Below are positions 14,878 to 28,722 of a stretch of 64,000 nt of DNA, in pieces. A model generated the notes under the pieces. The model was not told where the DNA came from, ran no database searches, and saw only the letters and a program-made list of their open reading frames with translations. A program made the translations under genes and the position numbers. Positions within the stretch are counted from its first letter, which is position 1, and each line of letters opens with the position of its first letter. Source of the DNA: Octopus sinensis (lineage: Eukaryota); NCBI RefSeq assembly GCF_006345805.1, contig NC_043007.1, forward strand, positions 49,104,001 through 49,168,000, given 5' to 3'.

Positions 14878-15310
14878 GAATGTATTATAAATAAACAACG
14901 ACCCTGCCCCGCTTAAGCCGATCAGCTAACTGATCAACATCAACGAAGCACATGGGTGAGTTTACATATATTACATCCGGGTAAATGGCAAACTTTTACG
15001 AATTGCATTTCGGGAGAGGAAAAGTTTTTTCGGAATAAAAATTTAGCAATTAAGGACAACTACTTAATAAGGAAAACTTAACAAGAAATTGTCAGGTAGA
15101 TAGCGTAAAAACCTCATAAGAGAAAAAATTTCGAAAATAATTATTTCTTATTGAACATATTAATTTATATATATAGAGGGCATTATACATACATGCCAGA
15201 AGGCATTATACATACATGCCAAACGCTAAGAGGGACAATCAGTCATTTCTACCAAAAATATTACTAATCCCACCGAATGCAATTTTTCAAAGTAAGACAT
15301 TTAAAAATAT

Positions 15311-15358
15311 AGACCTGTATCACAGTGATTTCATACTTACGTAATCATCAGCAGGCCT
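15311..15358 (-). ncRNA. Type I hammerhead ribozyme, array copy 3
   Basis: Same sequence as copy 1. Confidence 0.75.
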
Positions 15359-15792
15359 GAATGTATTATAAATAAACAACGACCCTGCCCCGCTTAAGCC
15401 GATCAGCTAACTGATCAACATCAACGAAGCACATGGGTGAGTTTACATATATTACATCCGGGTAAATGGCAAACTTTTACGAATTGCATTTCGGGAGAGG
15501 AAAAGTTTTTTCGGAATAAAAATTTAGCAATTAAGGACAACTACTTAATAAGGAAAACTTAACAAGAAATTGTCAGGTAGATAGCGTAAAAACCTCATAA
15601 GAGAAAAAAATTTCGAAAATAATTATTTCTTATTGAACATATTAATTTATATATATAGAGGGCATTATACATACATGCCAGAAGGCATTATACATACATG
15701 CCAAACGCTAAGAGGGACAATCAGTCATTTCTACCAAAAATATTACTAATCCCACCGAATGCAATTTTTCAAAGTAAGACATTTAAAAATAT

Positions 15793-15840
15793 AGACCTGT
15801 ATCACAGTGATTTCATACTTACGTAATCATCAGCAGGCCT
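15793..15840 (-). ncRNA. Type I hammerhead ribozyme, array copy 4
   Basis: Same sequence as copy 1. Confidence 0.75.
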
Positions 15841-16142
15841 GAATGTATTATAAATAAACAACGACCCTGCCCCGCTTAAGCCGATCAGCTAACTGATCAA
15901 CATCAAATAATATATATATTATTCGAAGGAATTCCATGTTTTATTTATATTCTTTATAATATTAATGTAGAATATAGAATATATAGTATAAATAGTATAT
16001 ATAGTAAAATGAAATGAAGTATTGATTGTCTTATTGAATAGATGAAATACTGAATATCAAATATTAAGGGACACACGCTGATACCTCCAGTGTAACACGC
16101 GTGCGGCCCCGGACATGCCCTTAGATGTCTGGGTCCGCATTT

Positions 16143-16432
16143 ATCCATTATTACAACTGCACTTCCTTTGTCTGCTTCCTAAATGGTTATATCTTCATCA
16201 TTTTGAAGTTCTATCAGTTCCTTCCATTGTGCAGTGCTAAAATTTGAGTTAACTGTCTGTTTATGTATAATATGGTAGGGAAAGTTCCGAATGTGGCTGC
16301 AGAACTCGTCAAGATCTTTATTTCCTCCTCTGTGGGGGATGTGTTCAATGGAAGGAACTGACAGAACTTCAAAATGATGAAGATATAACCATTAAGGAAC
16401 AGAGAAAGGAAGTGCAGTTGTAATAATGGATG
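16143..16432. repeat. Inverted repeat (~88-bp arms) at the 5' truncation point of the Penelope-like RT
   Basis: 16143-16230 is the reverse complement of 16347-16432. Confidence 0.85.
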
Positions 16433-18075
16433 CATTATACTATAGAAATCTAGTAATTTCCTTGCTTGATGACAATCAACATTATGAAAAAATCACCAAC
16501 TACACCCCGCAAAAAATAATGAAAACTCTATCCTCACTAATTAAAACCCATGAAAAGGAACTGACAACCAAAGAGATTGACTTTCTAACAAACTTTGGTC
16601 TGCCAAAAATACACAAAAGCCAAATTATAAATGAAACCATTAAAAACTCACCAAAGACATACATACACACACCTAACCCGGGGGACCTAAACCTATGACC
16701 CATTGTAGCTGGCCCAGCCTGTGAAACACACAGACTAAGTCTATTTATGGACATCCTCCTGAAACCCTTCCTTAAACACATCGATATGTGTCAGAGATGA
16801 CTTGGATATGTTAAAGCACCTTCCAAAAAAAATCAAGGAAGAAACAATCATGGTTTCATTTGATGTAGTTAATTTATATACCAGTATACCTCATAATTAT
16901 GGACTAGAGGCAATACAGTTCTGGCTGGACCAATTTCCGGAAGAAATACCAAAAAGGATCAGTAAAGAATTCAATACTAAATCGGTTGAATTCATCCTAC
17001 AAAATAACCACTTCATGTTTGACAATACGTTTTACCGTCAAAAATCCGGAATTGCTATGGGTACAAGGGCAGCACCAGTCATTGTGAACCTAACAATGGG
17101 CTACCTGGATATAATTATATACCAGGAATCTTTATCGACCTTTGGAAACTCCCTTTCTCAATACATAAAAGAGAATTGGAAAAGATTCCTGGACGACTGT
17201 TTTATACTCTGGAATGAAAATACAGATAAACTCCTAAAATTCAAAAACCTATTGAACAGCATCAACCCAAATATACAGTTCACAGTGAAGTACAACCTAA
17301 AGGAACTTCCATTCTTAGATATACTGATTAAAAAAATTAACCTAAAAATAGAAACAGACATATTTTACAAAGCCACAGATGCCAAACAATACCTACTTTT
17401 TGTTTCATGTTACCCAAGACACACTAAAACAAACATCCCTTTCAAGAAGGATATGCACAATAGTGTCAGAACCAAATACCAGGAACTTTAGACTACAAGA
17501 ACTCAAAAACATCCTAATTGACAGACATTACCCAGTTCAACTCATAGAGGATGGGATCAGACGTGCAACAGAAATCGACATAGAAACTTTGAGAAAAGTT
17601 CAACACAACAACACACCTTCCCCGAAAATACTGCCTTACATATCCACATACAACCCCAGAAACAAAGAAGCCTTCACCATCATCACCCAGAATTTACCAA
17701 TACTTCATAAGGACCCCAATTTAAAGGAAATTCGAAACATACATAAAATCATTAAAAGTTACAAACAACCTAAATCACTAAAAAAGATTCTTTCAAAAGC
17801 AAAATTGTTTTCTGAAATTATGGATGCAAAAGTAAAAAAGTGTGGTAGACCAAACGCGCAACATGCTCAAATCTTCTAGAAGGATCAGAATTCCTTTTCA
17901 AAGAGGTACAAAAATTCAAGATCAGATCTAATTTTACTTGTGCTTCTGAAAACATAATTTATGTCATAAGATGCTCAGGCTGCCACCAAAACTACGTAGG
18001 GTCCACAGGATTATCACTCAGACGCAAATGCAATCTGCATCGACAACAGATTGCATTCCCAGAATACAGAATACC
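16347..18075 (+). mobile_element. Penelope-like retroelement: RT, Cys-rich linker and GIY-YIG, several frameshifts
   Basis: DKG-like motif (EKGSAVVIMD), FGLPKIHK, PIVAGPACETHRLS, SFDVVNLYTSIP, GIAMGT, RFLDDCF, LPFLD, then KCGRP..C and IIYVIRCSGCHQNYVGST. Confidence 0.9.
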
Positions 18076-18495
18076 TCCGAAAAATAACACAAAAATTAAA
18101 AAATTTAGAGTGCCAAGTAATACGATATATTTCATATTGTCAAAACTGACACTCCCCTCATCAGGATGTTTTTTACATACACTATACAAAAACAGTAATA
18201 TACAATTACATACCAGCCATTTGTAATCCGTTAAGACATTGCCCTAATCAACCTTTATCTAATGTTACATAATTAGCATATATTCCAAAAACAATGGTAA
18301 AGGGCATGTCCATTACTGCACTTTAATTTTATTCCCAAGTTTTTATGTCTTAATGAAATGAGTTATCTAAGTTCAAATCATTGATTCAACTTTATATTAT
18401 ACCTATTGTTATTATATTATGCTTTAATTATATTTTAATTATTATTTTAATTATCATTATTATTTCTAATTTTAATTTTAATTTTAATTTTAATT

Positions 18496-19500
18496 TTAAA
18501 ATTTCTTCAAGAACGTAGAGTGGATCCTATGTGTACATGCTGGTATTGCATCAGTGAATTTATTCAACATAGCATGATAATATTTTTTTAATATAAAGTA
18601 TGCTTCTCTGGTGCACAAACCGCATCTCGTGGCTCCAGTTCCATACGAGGAAGCGTGTGCAAGGATAGACCATGATAATCTGAATGCAACATTCCTTTCT
18701 TTAAGGTCATTTACATATGATGCCAATGCCGTAGATGTCCTATATTTAGGATTGTTAAAATAACTCACATGGCATCGGTACCTCTGCTTTAAGTCCATCG
18801 AACTACCAATATCTATTTTTTCTGGCCTTTTTGCGTTTCAACGCTATATTTATAAATAACATTTTTCTGCCAACAATTTCCGCTAATCGGACATCCTAGA
18901 GGGTCTCTACAATTACACTTTTTTCGCCCTTTATGGGGTCTAGCATTATTCAGCATACCGATTGCTTCTGTCCTTCCAATACTGGGATCCACAGTGTTAT
19001 TTGTACTTTCATTCATGCTAATTTCAGGTTTATTTATTTTATTAATATTACTCATATTATCATTTGTTTTATTAGTCATTCTTATACTTCCTTCAAATTC
19101 GATTTCACAAGTGCGCTATTTCTATTACTACCATCATCAGTGCCATTAATGAGTTTCCCATTATCAGTTTTACTGTTCTTACCAAAATTTTTATCATCAT
19201 TTCTATCATTACGGTATCTTATTTTATCCCTATTCATTGAAGCGATAATAGACCCGAGATTAGGAGTGACCGAATAAGCTAGCTTTATTGAGGATTTATT
19301 ACATATTGAGTAATATTTATGATGTTTTGGGAAATTTTCTTTCAACAATTTAAATTTAAAGAATAACCTTGGTAGACATCTCACTTTTAGCGAAAAGGGA
19401 GGGGCGAACCAAATAACCTGACGAATCCTAGATTTGGTATTAAAAGTGGGCTTACAATATGTTATCTGGTTTAGTTTGCCATAAGCAAAGCTATTCCTGC
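18496..19500 (-). mobile_element. Penelope-like element 3' portion of a second family, tail-to-tail with the previous element
   Basis: VIWFAPPFS..FPKHHKY..KLAYSVTPNLGSII, CNCR..CPISGNC..NVIYK, YIGSS..RYRCH..TALASYV..WSIL..CGLC. Confidence 0.8.
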
Positions 19501-20102
19501 TTTTATTTATATTTAAATTTATATTTTTATTTTCATACTTACTTTCACCTTCATTTGACTTACACCTAACTTTATAATTTCGTTCACATTTATAATCCCT
19601 ATTACTACCATCTCTACATCCATTAACATCCTTATCATCCATGGTATCTACATCAGCACTATTCTTATCATTTTTATTATGATTACTTTCAATTTCAACT
19701 TTTTCTCCTTTATTCCTATCGTTGCTAAACTTCATTTTACCCGCACAAATATTGGTTTTTATCAACTTATTGTGAGCTCCTAGAGGATCGAACAGATAGT
19801 TTCTGCTATCCGAGATTTGTTACTTATCATCCATGATGCTGGCCAGTTTAATTTTTAATTTTGTTTTGTGTATGTATTTAATATTATTTGCAAACCCGCT
19901 TAATTTTAACTACAGATGTATGTCCTCTATCATTGTTTCCTCATAACTCAAATGTGTGACAAACTAAGCTGAGGTGTGTAAATTATCTAAAACGCCTCGC
20001 TTTCAAAAAATGTTTCACAGCAAATTCCGTTATATACGTAATCTGCACCATCTGAAATGTATCTCTGGAAGCTTTCATAAACAAAAAATTGCTATTTTCA
20101 GG

Positions 20103-20630
20103 TGGGGTGAACTACTGCCGTATCTAGCAGGCGAGAATAACCAGCTGGAGGAGGCGTGCTCCTGGAGTTAAAATAGCAGTATCTTTTGTTCTTATAGAAC
20201 ACCCACGTTTAGGTGGCGATAAACATTACTTCTCCGTATAAATACTGCTTTCCTCTCTAATAGAGATTTTCGTAACGAACTAGTTTGCTAATTGCAAAAC
20301 TAGTGGCTGTGTGACACTGTTTTTCTATATAACGCAAGCTGGGGTGAACTACTTCTATGTCTAGTAGACAAGTATCCATCATTGAAAATGTGGTCGAAAT
20401 CACGTGATCTACTGGTCTCAGACTGAATAGCAGGGAGTTCTCTCCCTGCTTGCAATATATCGAATGCGAAGTGCACTGAATAGCCAGCTGGAGGAGACGT
20501 CCTCCTGGGGCTAAAATAGCAGTATCGCCTGTTCTTAGAGAACACCCATTTTTAGATAGCGATAAACATTACTTCTTAGTATAGATACTGCTTTCGTCTG
20601 TTATAGAGATCTTAACGAGCTAGTTTGCTA
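20103..20630. repeat. Imperfect direct duplication (~20103-20292 and ~20341-20630, the second with an insert)
   Basis: Shared ggggtgaactact, ccagctggagga..aaaatagcagtatc, gcgataaacattact and ctagtttgcta blocks. Confidence 0.7.
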
Positions 20631-21040
20631 TTTTCAGTAAATTATGAAGAAACAAAGTCGGCTGGCGGGGGACAGATCTGTAGTTATTGACTTTATTTCA
20701 CGTTGCTTCAGTCTACTCGGTTATAAACAAGTACCAGCTGAGTACTGGCGTTTAACTTTCTCCTGTCATTGGTTACACCCTTGATATTGCTCTTGGTTAA
20801 GGATGGCAGCGTAGAGAAGGCGCCTGCGTCTGCTCGCGGTTACATAAGCACCTACAAGTATCGAAAGCATAGTGCCAGCAACTAGATCATACTCGCATGT
20901 TTCCGTGCGTTGGGTATGTGTTTGCATGTATGTTGTGTATGAGTATGTGTTTATGTGTGTGCGTGCGTGTACTGTGTACGAATATATCATTGCATACATG
21001 TTGTGCTTATGTTTCTGTGAGTTGGTGTGTGTTGTGTATA

Positions 21041-21081
<41 letters not shown>

Positions 21082-21098
21082 ATTGTGTATAAGTATAT

Positions 21099-21486
21099 GT
21101 GGAGGCACAATGGCCCAGTGGTTAGGGCAGCGGACTCGCGGTCATAGGATCGCGGTTTCGATTCCCAGACCGGGCGTTGTGAGTGTTTATTGAGCGAAAA
21201 CACCTAAAGCTCCACGAGGCTCCGGCAGGGGATGGTGGTGATCCCTGCTGTACTCTTTCACCACAACTTTCTCTCACTCTTACTTCCTGTTTCTGTTGTA
21301 CCTGTATTTCAAAGGGCCGGCCTCGTCACTCTCTGTGTCACACTGAATATCCCCGAGAACTACGTTAAGGGTACACGTGTCTGTGGAGTGCTCAGCCACT
21401 TACACTTTAATTTCATGAGCAGGCTGTTCCGTTGATCCGGATCAACCGGAACCCTCGTCGTCGTAACCGACGGAGTGCTTCCATCC
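21099..21486 (+). mobile_element. tRNA-derived SINE with 10-bp target-site duplication
   Basis: A box tggcccagtgg, B box ggtttcgattcc; TSD ataagtatat at 21089-21098 and 21487-21496. Confidence 0.85.
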
Positions 21487-22260
21487 ATAAGTATATATTT
21501 GTATTTGTGTGCTGTGTATGAATATGTATGTTGTGTATGAATATGTTTGTATGTGTGAGTACTGTGAATGATTATGTTTATATCTGTGTATGTGTGTGTA
21601 TGTGTTGTGTATGAATATGTTTGTATATGTGTATATGTTTATATGCTATGTGTGTTATATGTGTATGTTGTTTTATATATTATTAGCAAGTTTATTAGCT
21701 GCCCTCAAATACACATACCTGTATGAATGTATGTAGGTGTATCTATTCTTGTATGTACATTTTGTTTTTGTGCGTTTTTGTATGTCTGCGATCGTTATAC
21801 AGACATGTGGGTATCGTGTGTGTATGAGTTATGTATGGGCTGTGTATGTGTGTTTATGTGTTCATGAATGTGTGTGTGTGTGTGTGTGGGGGTGTGTGTG
21901 CGTATTTGACTACACTTAGATTCAAATAAATATTGACATAGTGTTCGATTGAACAACCCCACGCACCCGATCAATTCAATGACACAATACTATTTAAAAT
22001 ACGTTCAAAATATGGTATGTCCCACATTTTAAATAGGACAATGTTCAGTACTGTTACGGCAAGAACTACGTGATTTCTTAAACAAAAGGTGTAATTGTCC
22101 TCTGACAGAGAGCATAACCAAAGAGTTTTATCTTCCTTGGAATTACATATAATTATAATCTCTATCTCTAACCCCCACTGAACTTTGTACTGTCACTACC
22201 AAAAGACAAATAACAAAACAACAACAACAACAAAAAACAATCCCTTTATTTTTCAAACTT

Positions 22261-22419
22261 AAGGCGGTGAGCTGGCGAAGTTGGTAGAGTGCCGAAAAAA
22301 TTGCCTTGGAGCAAATTCTGAGTCAAGATCCCGCCGAGGTCAACTTTGCCTTTCTTCACTCCGAGGTTGATAAAATAAAGTAACAATTAATTACTGGCGT
22401 CGATGTCATCGACTTGCTT
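22261..22419 (+). mobile_element. SINE with a Meta-like central domain, interrupted by a younger SINE
   Basis: gaggtcaactttgcctttc..ccgaggttgataaaataaagta resembles a widespread conserved metazoan SINE body domain (recalled, not aligned). Confidence 0.55.
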
Positions 22420-22668
22420 GTGGAGGCACATGGCCTAGTGGTTAGAGCAGCGGACTCGCAGTCGAGAGATCGCCGGTTCGAATCTCGGACCGGGTGATGT
22501 GTGTGTTTATGAGCGAAACACCTAAGCTCCACGCAGCTACGTCAGAAGGTAATGGCGAACTTCTGCTGACTCTTTCGCCACAACTTTCTCTCACTCTTTC
22601 CTATACACTAAGGAAACCGGGAAACCGGCCCTTATGAGCCAGGCATGACTCGAGAAAGAACAAACAAA
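22420..22668 (+). mobile_element. tRNA-derived SINE (related to 21099) nested in another SINE, 13-bp TSD
   Basis: A box tggcctagtgg, B box ggttcgaatc; TSD catcgacttgctt at 22407-22419 and 22669-22681. Confidence 0.85.
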
Positions 22669-22988
22669 CATCGACTTGCTTTCTCCTCTCTTCACTATTG
22701 TTGGCCTTGTGCCAAAAGTTCCCCTTCATATGATTGACTCGTCACCTGTCACTATATATTTCTACGGCTATCTACATTCCCAAATTAAAGCAACAGGGGC
22801 CTCTTCTTTCTATAGCATACGTACTCGCTCAACTCATGATTTTAACTGTCATACATAACGATAATAACTACTGAATCACTATAAAAATTTAGATGAATAA
22901 TACTTTGTTTAAAAGACTTCAAATGCATGTGTATGAATTTATTCTCCCATCTTCTCCCTGCTTCTCTCTGTTTTTGCTTTTATATATA

Positions 22989-23150
22989 GGCGCAGGAGTA
23001 GCTATGTGGTTAGTAGGTTGCTTACCAACCACATGGTTTCAGGTTCAGTCCTAATGCGTGACACCTTGGGCAAGTGTCTTCTACTATAGCCTCGGACCGA
23101 CCAAAGCCTTGTGAGTGGATTTGGTAGACGGAAACTGAAAGAAGCCCGGC

Positions 23151-23204
<54 letters not shown>

Positions 23205-23388
23205 GTGTGTGTATATTTGTGTGTCTGTGTTCACGTCCCTATAACTTAGCAGTTCGGCATAAGAGACTGATAGAATAAGTACTAGGCTTGCAAAGCATAA
23301 GTCCTGGGCTCGATTTGCTCGACTAAAGGCGGTGATCCAGCATGGCCGTTGTCAAATGACTGAAACAAATAAAAGAAAAAAAAAAGAA
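22989..23388 (+). mobile_element. Abundant SINE with CORE-like domain, internal microsatellite and LINE-like tail
   Basis: tRNA-like head, accttgggcaagtgtcttct, internal (TA)n, tail ggcggtgatccagcatggcc..gactgaaac. Confidence 0.8.
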
Positions 23389-24171
23389 TATTTTTATTAA
23401 GAAACATTTTATTAAGAAACATAAGAATGGCGAACGAAATGTCATGGATGTAGTAGGATGCTTGTCATAATTGTTAATAAATATATTCCATAGATGTGGT
23501 TAGATATATGTCATAAATGTGGTCAAATGTATCATAGATGGTTTTGTTGTATGTCATAATTATATAAGATGCATGTCAAAGATTTAGTTAGATGGGTTTG
23601 ACTGTGAATCATTTGACATAGTTAACTGAATGACATATGTGTGCTTACCTTAAGTCTTACACAGTAAGATGTCTCAAAGATGTGGTAAAAGTATGTCATT
23701 GATGACTGTCATAAATGCATGTCACTTTGATCTTTTATTATGAATATTAATTACTAAAACAAGATTTTTCTGTATTCATCACGGAATTAAATAGTCTTGA
23801 GAAATCAAAGGGACATAACTTATATTCGAAAACTCAATAGAAAGACTATAGGATAGGCGTTTACCTCAAAGCTTGCTTATTTATTCCGGAATTTTAAATT
23901 AGGACCAATAACTCATGTTTAGCATATAATCACGCTGTATAGGTGCTACACAAAGATAGGGAGAGTTCATTTGATGTGATCTTGTAAGTTTTCTTTTATT
24001 CTCGTAGATTGTTCGCAACTTAACTTTGCATCGAAAAAGATGTTACAACGAAGAGATGCCAAGAACATTTCGAAAGTCTATAAATGAATGTGTGTGTGTG
24101 TGTGAGTGAGTGTATATAAATCCATACAAGCATGCATACATACATATATGCATGCATACGTACATACATAC

Positions 24172-24202
<31 letters not shown>

Positions 24203-24246
24203 CATACATACATACATACATACATACATACATACATTCATACATG

Positions 24247-25227
24247 TGTGAAGGCCGTGCGATGTGAGGTGAGGAGAATAGCTCTCTTGTACCACATCAC
24301 ACAGCCATTACTATAAAGAGAGATTGAATGGAACACATGAATGCTAGATGGAAAGGAGACAACCGTGTAGGTATGATTAAAGAGAACATTTATTGATATC
24401 ATAACATGTGTGTCTGTGTGTGCGTCATGTATACAGAATAATAGACAGGCCGTCATGAGAACAAAGTGTATGTGTGCGTGTAGGCATAAATGTATGCGCA
24501 TTTAAAGATGGCAATGAAGGAGACAGTGGATGTGTCTATAGCCATCGAAGTGAGAAGTAAGTTCATAGACACAAGAAAGGTGATAATACCAGTTCGTAGT
24601 CAATAGTACACGGTAGTTGAAATACTTTATCAAGAAGTCGCGACCATGATTCTGAGCCGGTTACAGTTACATGTCGTACGTGAAGTCGTGGCTGTGATGC
24701 TGCTGCCTGGGTCACTTGTACGGGAGTTCATGCAGATTGTATATTCGCTGTTGATTCGTAACAAAGTAATTCACGAACAGTGAACTGTTGGAACCTGAGT
24801 GAACTGCTTGCTGAGCTGTGTACGTAGAGAGATGATGTTGGTGACGTTAAGGATATGATGGTGGCGACGAAGACGGCGGTTCGTTGAATGTCATGGTGAC
24901 GAAGCTGGTAAGTCTCAATGTAGCTGCTGTGGTGATGGTGTTGTCTGGCGTTGTCGCTGGAACTGGCTGTGTCTTTGTGGTCAGTGGCTAGACCTTAAAA
25001 GGTCTGGAGCTAAAGTCCCCGGAAAGAGGAACAGCTGAGTTTTTATAGGGAGCTGTAAGTTCAAACAGGGTGGTAAACAGACTGTCCCACATGATCTTAT
25101 TTAAGCCTCCGACTGGTTATACGCAGTAAGTTGGAGCAACAGAGTAAGAGACAAATTGCGCCAATACCAATCAATCAGATTAGTGGACACAACGGGATCC
25201 AAATAGCGGCCAAAGGCTAGCTTTTAC
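24247..25227 (-). mobile_element. Possible solo LTR
   Basis: ~1 kb balanced-GC island; imperfect end match tgtgaag..cttttac; on the minus strand TATAAAA (25041-25047) precedes AATAAA (24389-24394). No TSD seen. Confidence 0.3.
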
Positions 25228-26032
25228 CTGCTACTTTCGAATGCACATATATATAATAAATGGGAGAATCCATCACGGGAACCGTAAAAATCTGTAAAAC
25301 CTTCCAGAAGTTTATCATTTAAATATATATGAGCATGTCTAGATATGCAACTACAAGCATGAGAATACATACGTAAAACAAAGCATATAAATCTGCACAT
25401 ATACATATATACAAACATACATACATACATACATACATACATACATACATACATACATACATACAAAAATACCTTCTTGTTGATGCTGAAATTCCAATGA
25501 AAGATCATTAGATCTAGGTTAGAATCCAACTTTTTCTCTATTGGCAAGAAATCTTGATATAAAACTGAACAATGACATACATACATACATACATACATAC
25601 ATACATGCATACATACGTACATACATACATACATACATACATACATACGTACATACATACATACATATATACATACATACATAAATACATATATACATAC
25701 GTACATATATACATACTTAGATATGATGAGTATATAGGGATAAATGATCCAGTTAGGTACCCTAATAGCTCTCAGGTATATTCCAGATTCTGGCTAGCCA
25801 TATCAAGTAGTAAGGGGCATCAAGGAGCGCTTAGTGTGAGCAATTCCACTGTAATTCTTCTAATGGGTAAATCCAGATACGCTTCTCTGGATTATGAATA
25901 CTTGCTGGAGTATAAATCCAAAACAATTACAGAGAATGAACTAATTATGCTGTATAATTAACTGTTAAATTAAAAGAAAAATTTGAAGATGTACCAGTCT
26001 CCGTATTCATTTTTTATTGTTATATATGTATA

Positions 26033-26162
26033 TGCTTCCCAACCACATGGTTCTGGGTACAGTCTCACTGTGTGGCACCTTGGGCAAGTGTCTTCTACTA
26101 TAGTCTCGGCCCGACCAAAGTCTAGTTTGTGGAATTGGTAGACGGAAACCGAAAGAAGCCTT

Positions 26163-26231
<69 letters not shown>

Positions 26232-26438
26232 TGCTTGTGTTCTAACCGCTACCACCATCGCTTGACAACTGGTGCTGGTGTTCTTATGTCACCGCAACTT
26301 ACCAGTTTGGCAAAAGATATCGATAGAATAAGTACCAGGCTTATAAAAAGTAAGTACTGGGGTTAATACATTCGACTAAAAATTCTTCAAGGTGGTGTCC
26401 CAGCATGGCCGCAGCCTTATGACTGAAACAAGTAGAAG

Positions 26439-26440
<2 letters not shown>
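26033..26440 (+). mobile_element. SINE, same family as 22989, with internal (TG)n
   Basis: caccttgggcaagtgtcttctactatag..gtagacggaaac..gatagaataagtacc..ccagcatggccgcag..gactgaaac. Confidence 0.8.
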
Positions 26441-26517
<77 letters not shown>

Positions 26518-26547
26518 CAAAATAAGAAGCAAGGATATCCAGAGGTA

Positions 26548-26635
26548 GTGCAGTACGATCGCTTCATGCAACTCTATTTGATTGTACAATGCAATCATTA
26601 CATCAATTTAAAAGCAGAGCAATCTTCAGCTGTAC
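26548..26635 (-). ncRNA. Type I hammerhead-like motif with GAAA changed to GAAG
   Basis: GUACAG-CUGAAGA-long stem II-GAAG-CGAUCG-UA-CUGCAC; palindromic stem III; adjacent to (TA)n. Confidence 0.55.
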
Positions 26636-27263
26636 AAAGACACAGAATTTAATTAAATTACAACAGATGGACACATTAGTATAATTATACCTAAAATCTC
26701 TAAGAAGTTAAGGAGATAGACTTCTATGCTGGAGTGAGACAGCATGTTTTTGTCTATCTCCTTAACTTCTCTGTGATGCTGAATCTCCCTGAGAATTACG
26801 TTAATAATATGCATGTCTGTGGAGCACTCAGTCACATGCACGTGCGGTAATGAAAATTGAAAATGACATCAAATATTTGCTGTAGTTATTTGTCTTGGAT
26901 TTAACAATGTGTCTATTATCTACTTTTCTTTCGATCTATGTATCTACTTTTCTTTCGATGTATGTGTCAGTCTACTCTGAAAGTACTGATAAACATTTAA
27001 AAACAAAAAAGGAACCCACCTTCCTTTCGGTCACCTCTCTCTCTCTCTTTTTCTCTTTCACTTCCTCTCTGTCTCTCCTCTCTCCCGCTTTGCCATTCAC
27101 TTGAACTATACCTCTTCTGCTTAACACCTTTTATTTATCTTTTTCTTTGTACCACTCCCTTCAACCGTTTTACCTTTTCATTTGCTGTGTAACACGCACC
27201 ACAGTTACGTACGAATGTAAAAGAAAAAACAAAAGTTAGTATATTAATATTTTAATGATGAGG

Positions 27264-27941
27264 ATTATTACGAAGTTGCATAGCATTACATTTAATTCTT
27301 TTAATATATATACACATATTTCAACTGCACCCATTAATAACCATTGCAATTGCAACTCTGCTATAATACCGGTGCAGTTTCTTCAAAGTCTTAATATCAT
27401 TCGATTTAACTGTTTAAAGTTTTTCGTTTATCTACTCTGCGTTGTATGATGTAGGTGTGTCCGTTAAGTTAGACGCGAACAATCTCCATTTCAAGCTTTG
27501 AGTCCATTATTTCAAACCATTCTGTTGTTTGAATGTTTATTATCCATATATACTGGGCAAATGTAAATTTTCTCATGTGCAAACATCTCAAAGCTTTTCT
27601 TGTCTAGAATTTGTTACATTTTGTAAAATTCTGCTAAACATAGTTCACATTTTGTAGTGCCAGATCTGTGGTTTTGCAGTTCAAATTAATTCCCAATCGA
27701 TTGTATATCTCTTTAATAGACCAAATTAATTTGCTAAGACTTGTTTGGAATCTTTCATTATTATCTTTAAATGAGCTCAAATAATTTGCAAGTCTCCTCT
27801 TGAAGACCCTGAAGAAATTGTACCACTATTATAGTAAGGTTGCAATTGCAACAGTTACTAATCGGTGCAGTTGAAATATGTGTAGGTCTATGTAAAGCTG
27901 CCTACATATTAAATGAATTAAAGGTAATGCTATGCAACTTC

Positions 27942-27950
<9 letters not shown>
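27264..27950 (-). mobile_element. Degraded GIY-YIG fragment bracketed by an inverted repeat (arms ~27264-27395 and ~27800-27950)
   Basis: Minus strand reads FKRRLAN..SSFKD..QTSLSKLIWSIKE; attacgaagttgcatagcattac pairs with gtaatgctatgcaacttcgtaat. Confidence 0.6.
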
Positions 27951-27985
<35 letters not shown>

Positions 27986-28135
27986 CATCATAATAATAAT
28001 AAAAATAAATATAATCATAATAATCATAATAATAATAAAAATAATAATATTAATAATAATAGTAATAATAACAACAACAATAATAATAATAATAATAACA
28101 ATAATAATAATAATTATTATAATATACATATATGC

Positions 28136-28184
<49 letters not shown>

Positions 28185-28224
28185 TGCGTATACATACATA
28201 CATATATATGCACATATGTATATA

Positions 28225-28285
<61 letters not shown>

Positions 28286-28290
28286 GTGTA

Positions 28291-28349
<59 letters not shown>

Positions 28350-28670
28350 GTGTATATATGTATATATATATATTTATATTAGAAGGTTTGGAGATAATGT
28401 ACAGGTATTTTATATTAGAAAAAATGAGGTACTCAGAAATTCGGATGGTTTTATATTTACAGATATTTATTTGTATATTACATGTTTTTATACATCATAT
28501 ATCATATATCATATATTAGCGCTTTCGTCCATTATAATGGAGTCGTCATATTGAACTAAGTTCTTGCAGGAATCTTTACTCTTTTTATAGTGTTCTTGAG
28601 TATGTAGTGGTGGGGAGAGATATAAGATAGTACAAGAGGGTGATGAATGGAGAGAAAGTGAGAGAGAGCA

Positions 28671-28719
<49 letters not shown>

Positions 28720-28722
<3 letters not shown>

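Noticed and set aside
21099-21180. tRNA gene
   Set aside because: A and B boxes are present, but the sequence continues into a SINE body flanked by a TSD
27932-28554. Poly-Asn and poly-Ile ORFs
   Set aside because: (TAA)n and (TA)n microsatellites
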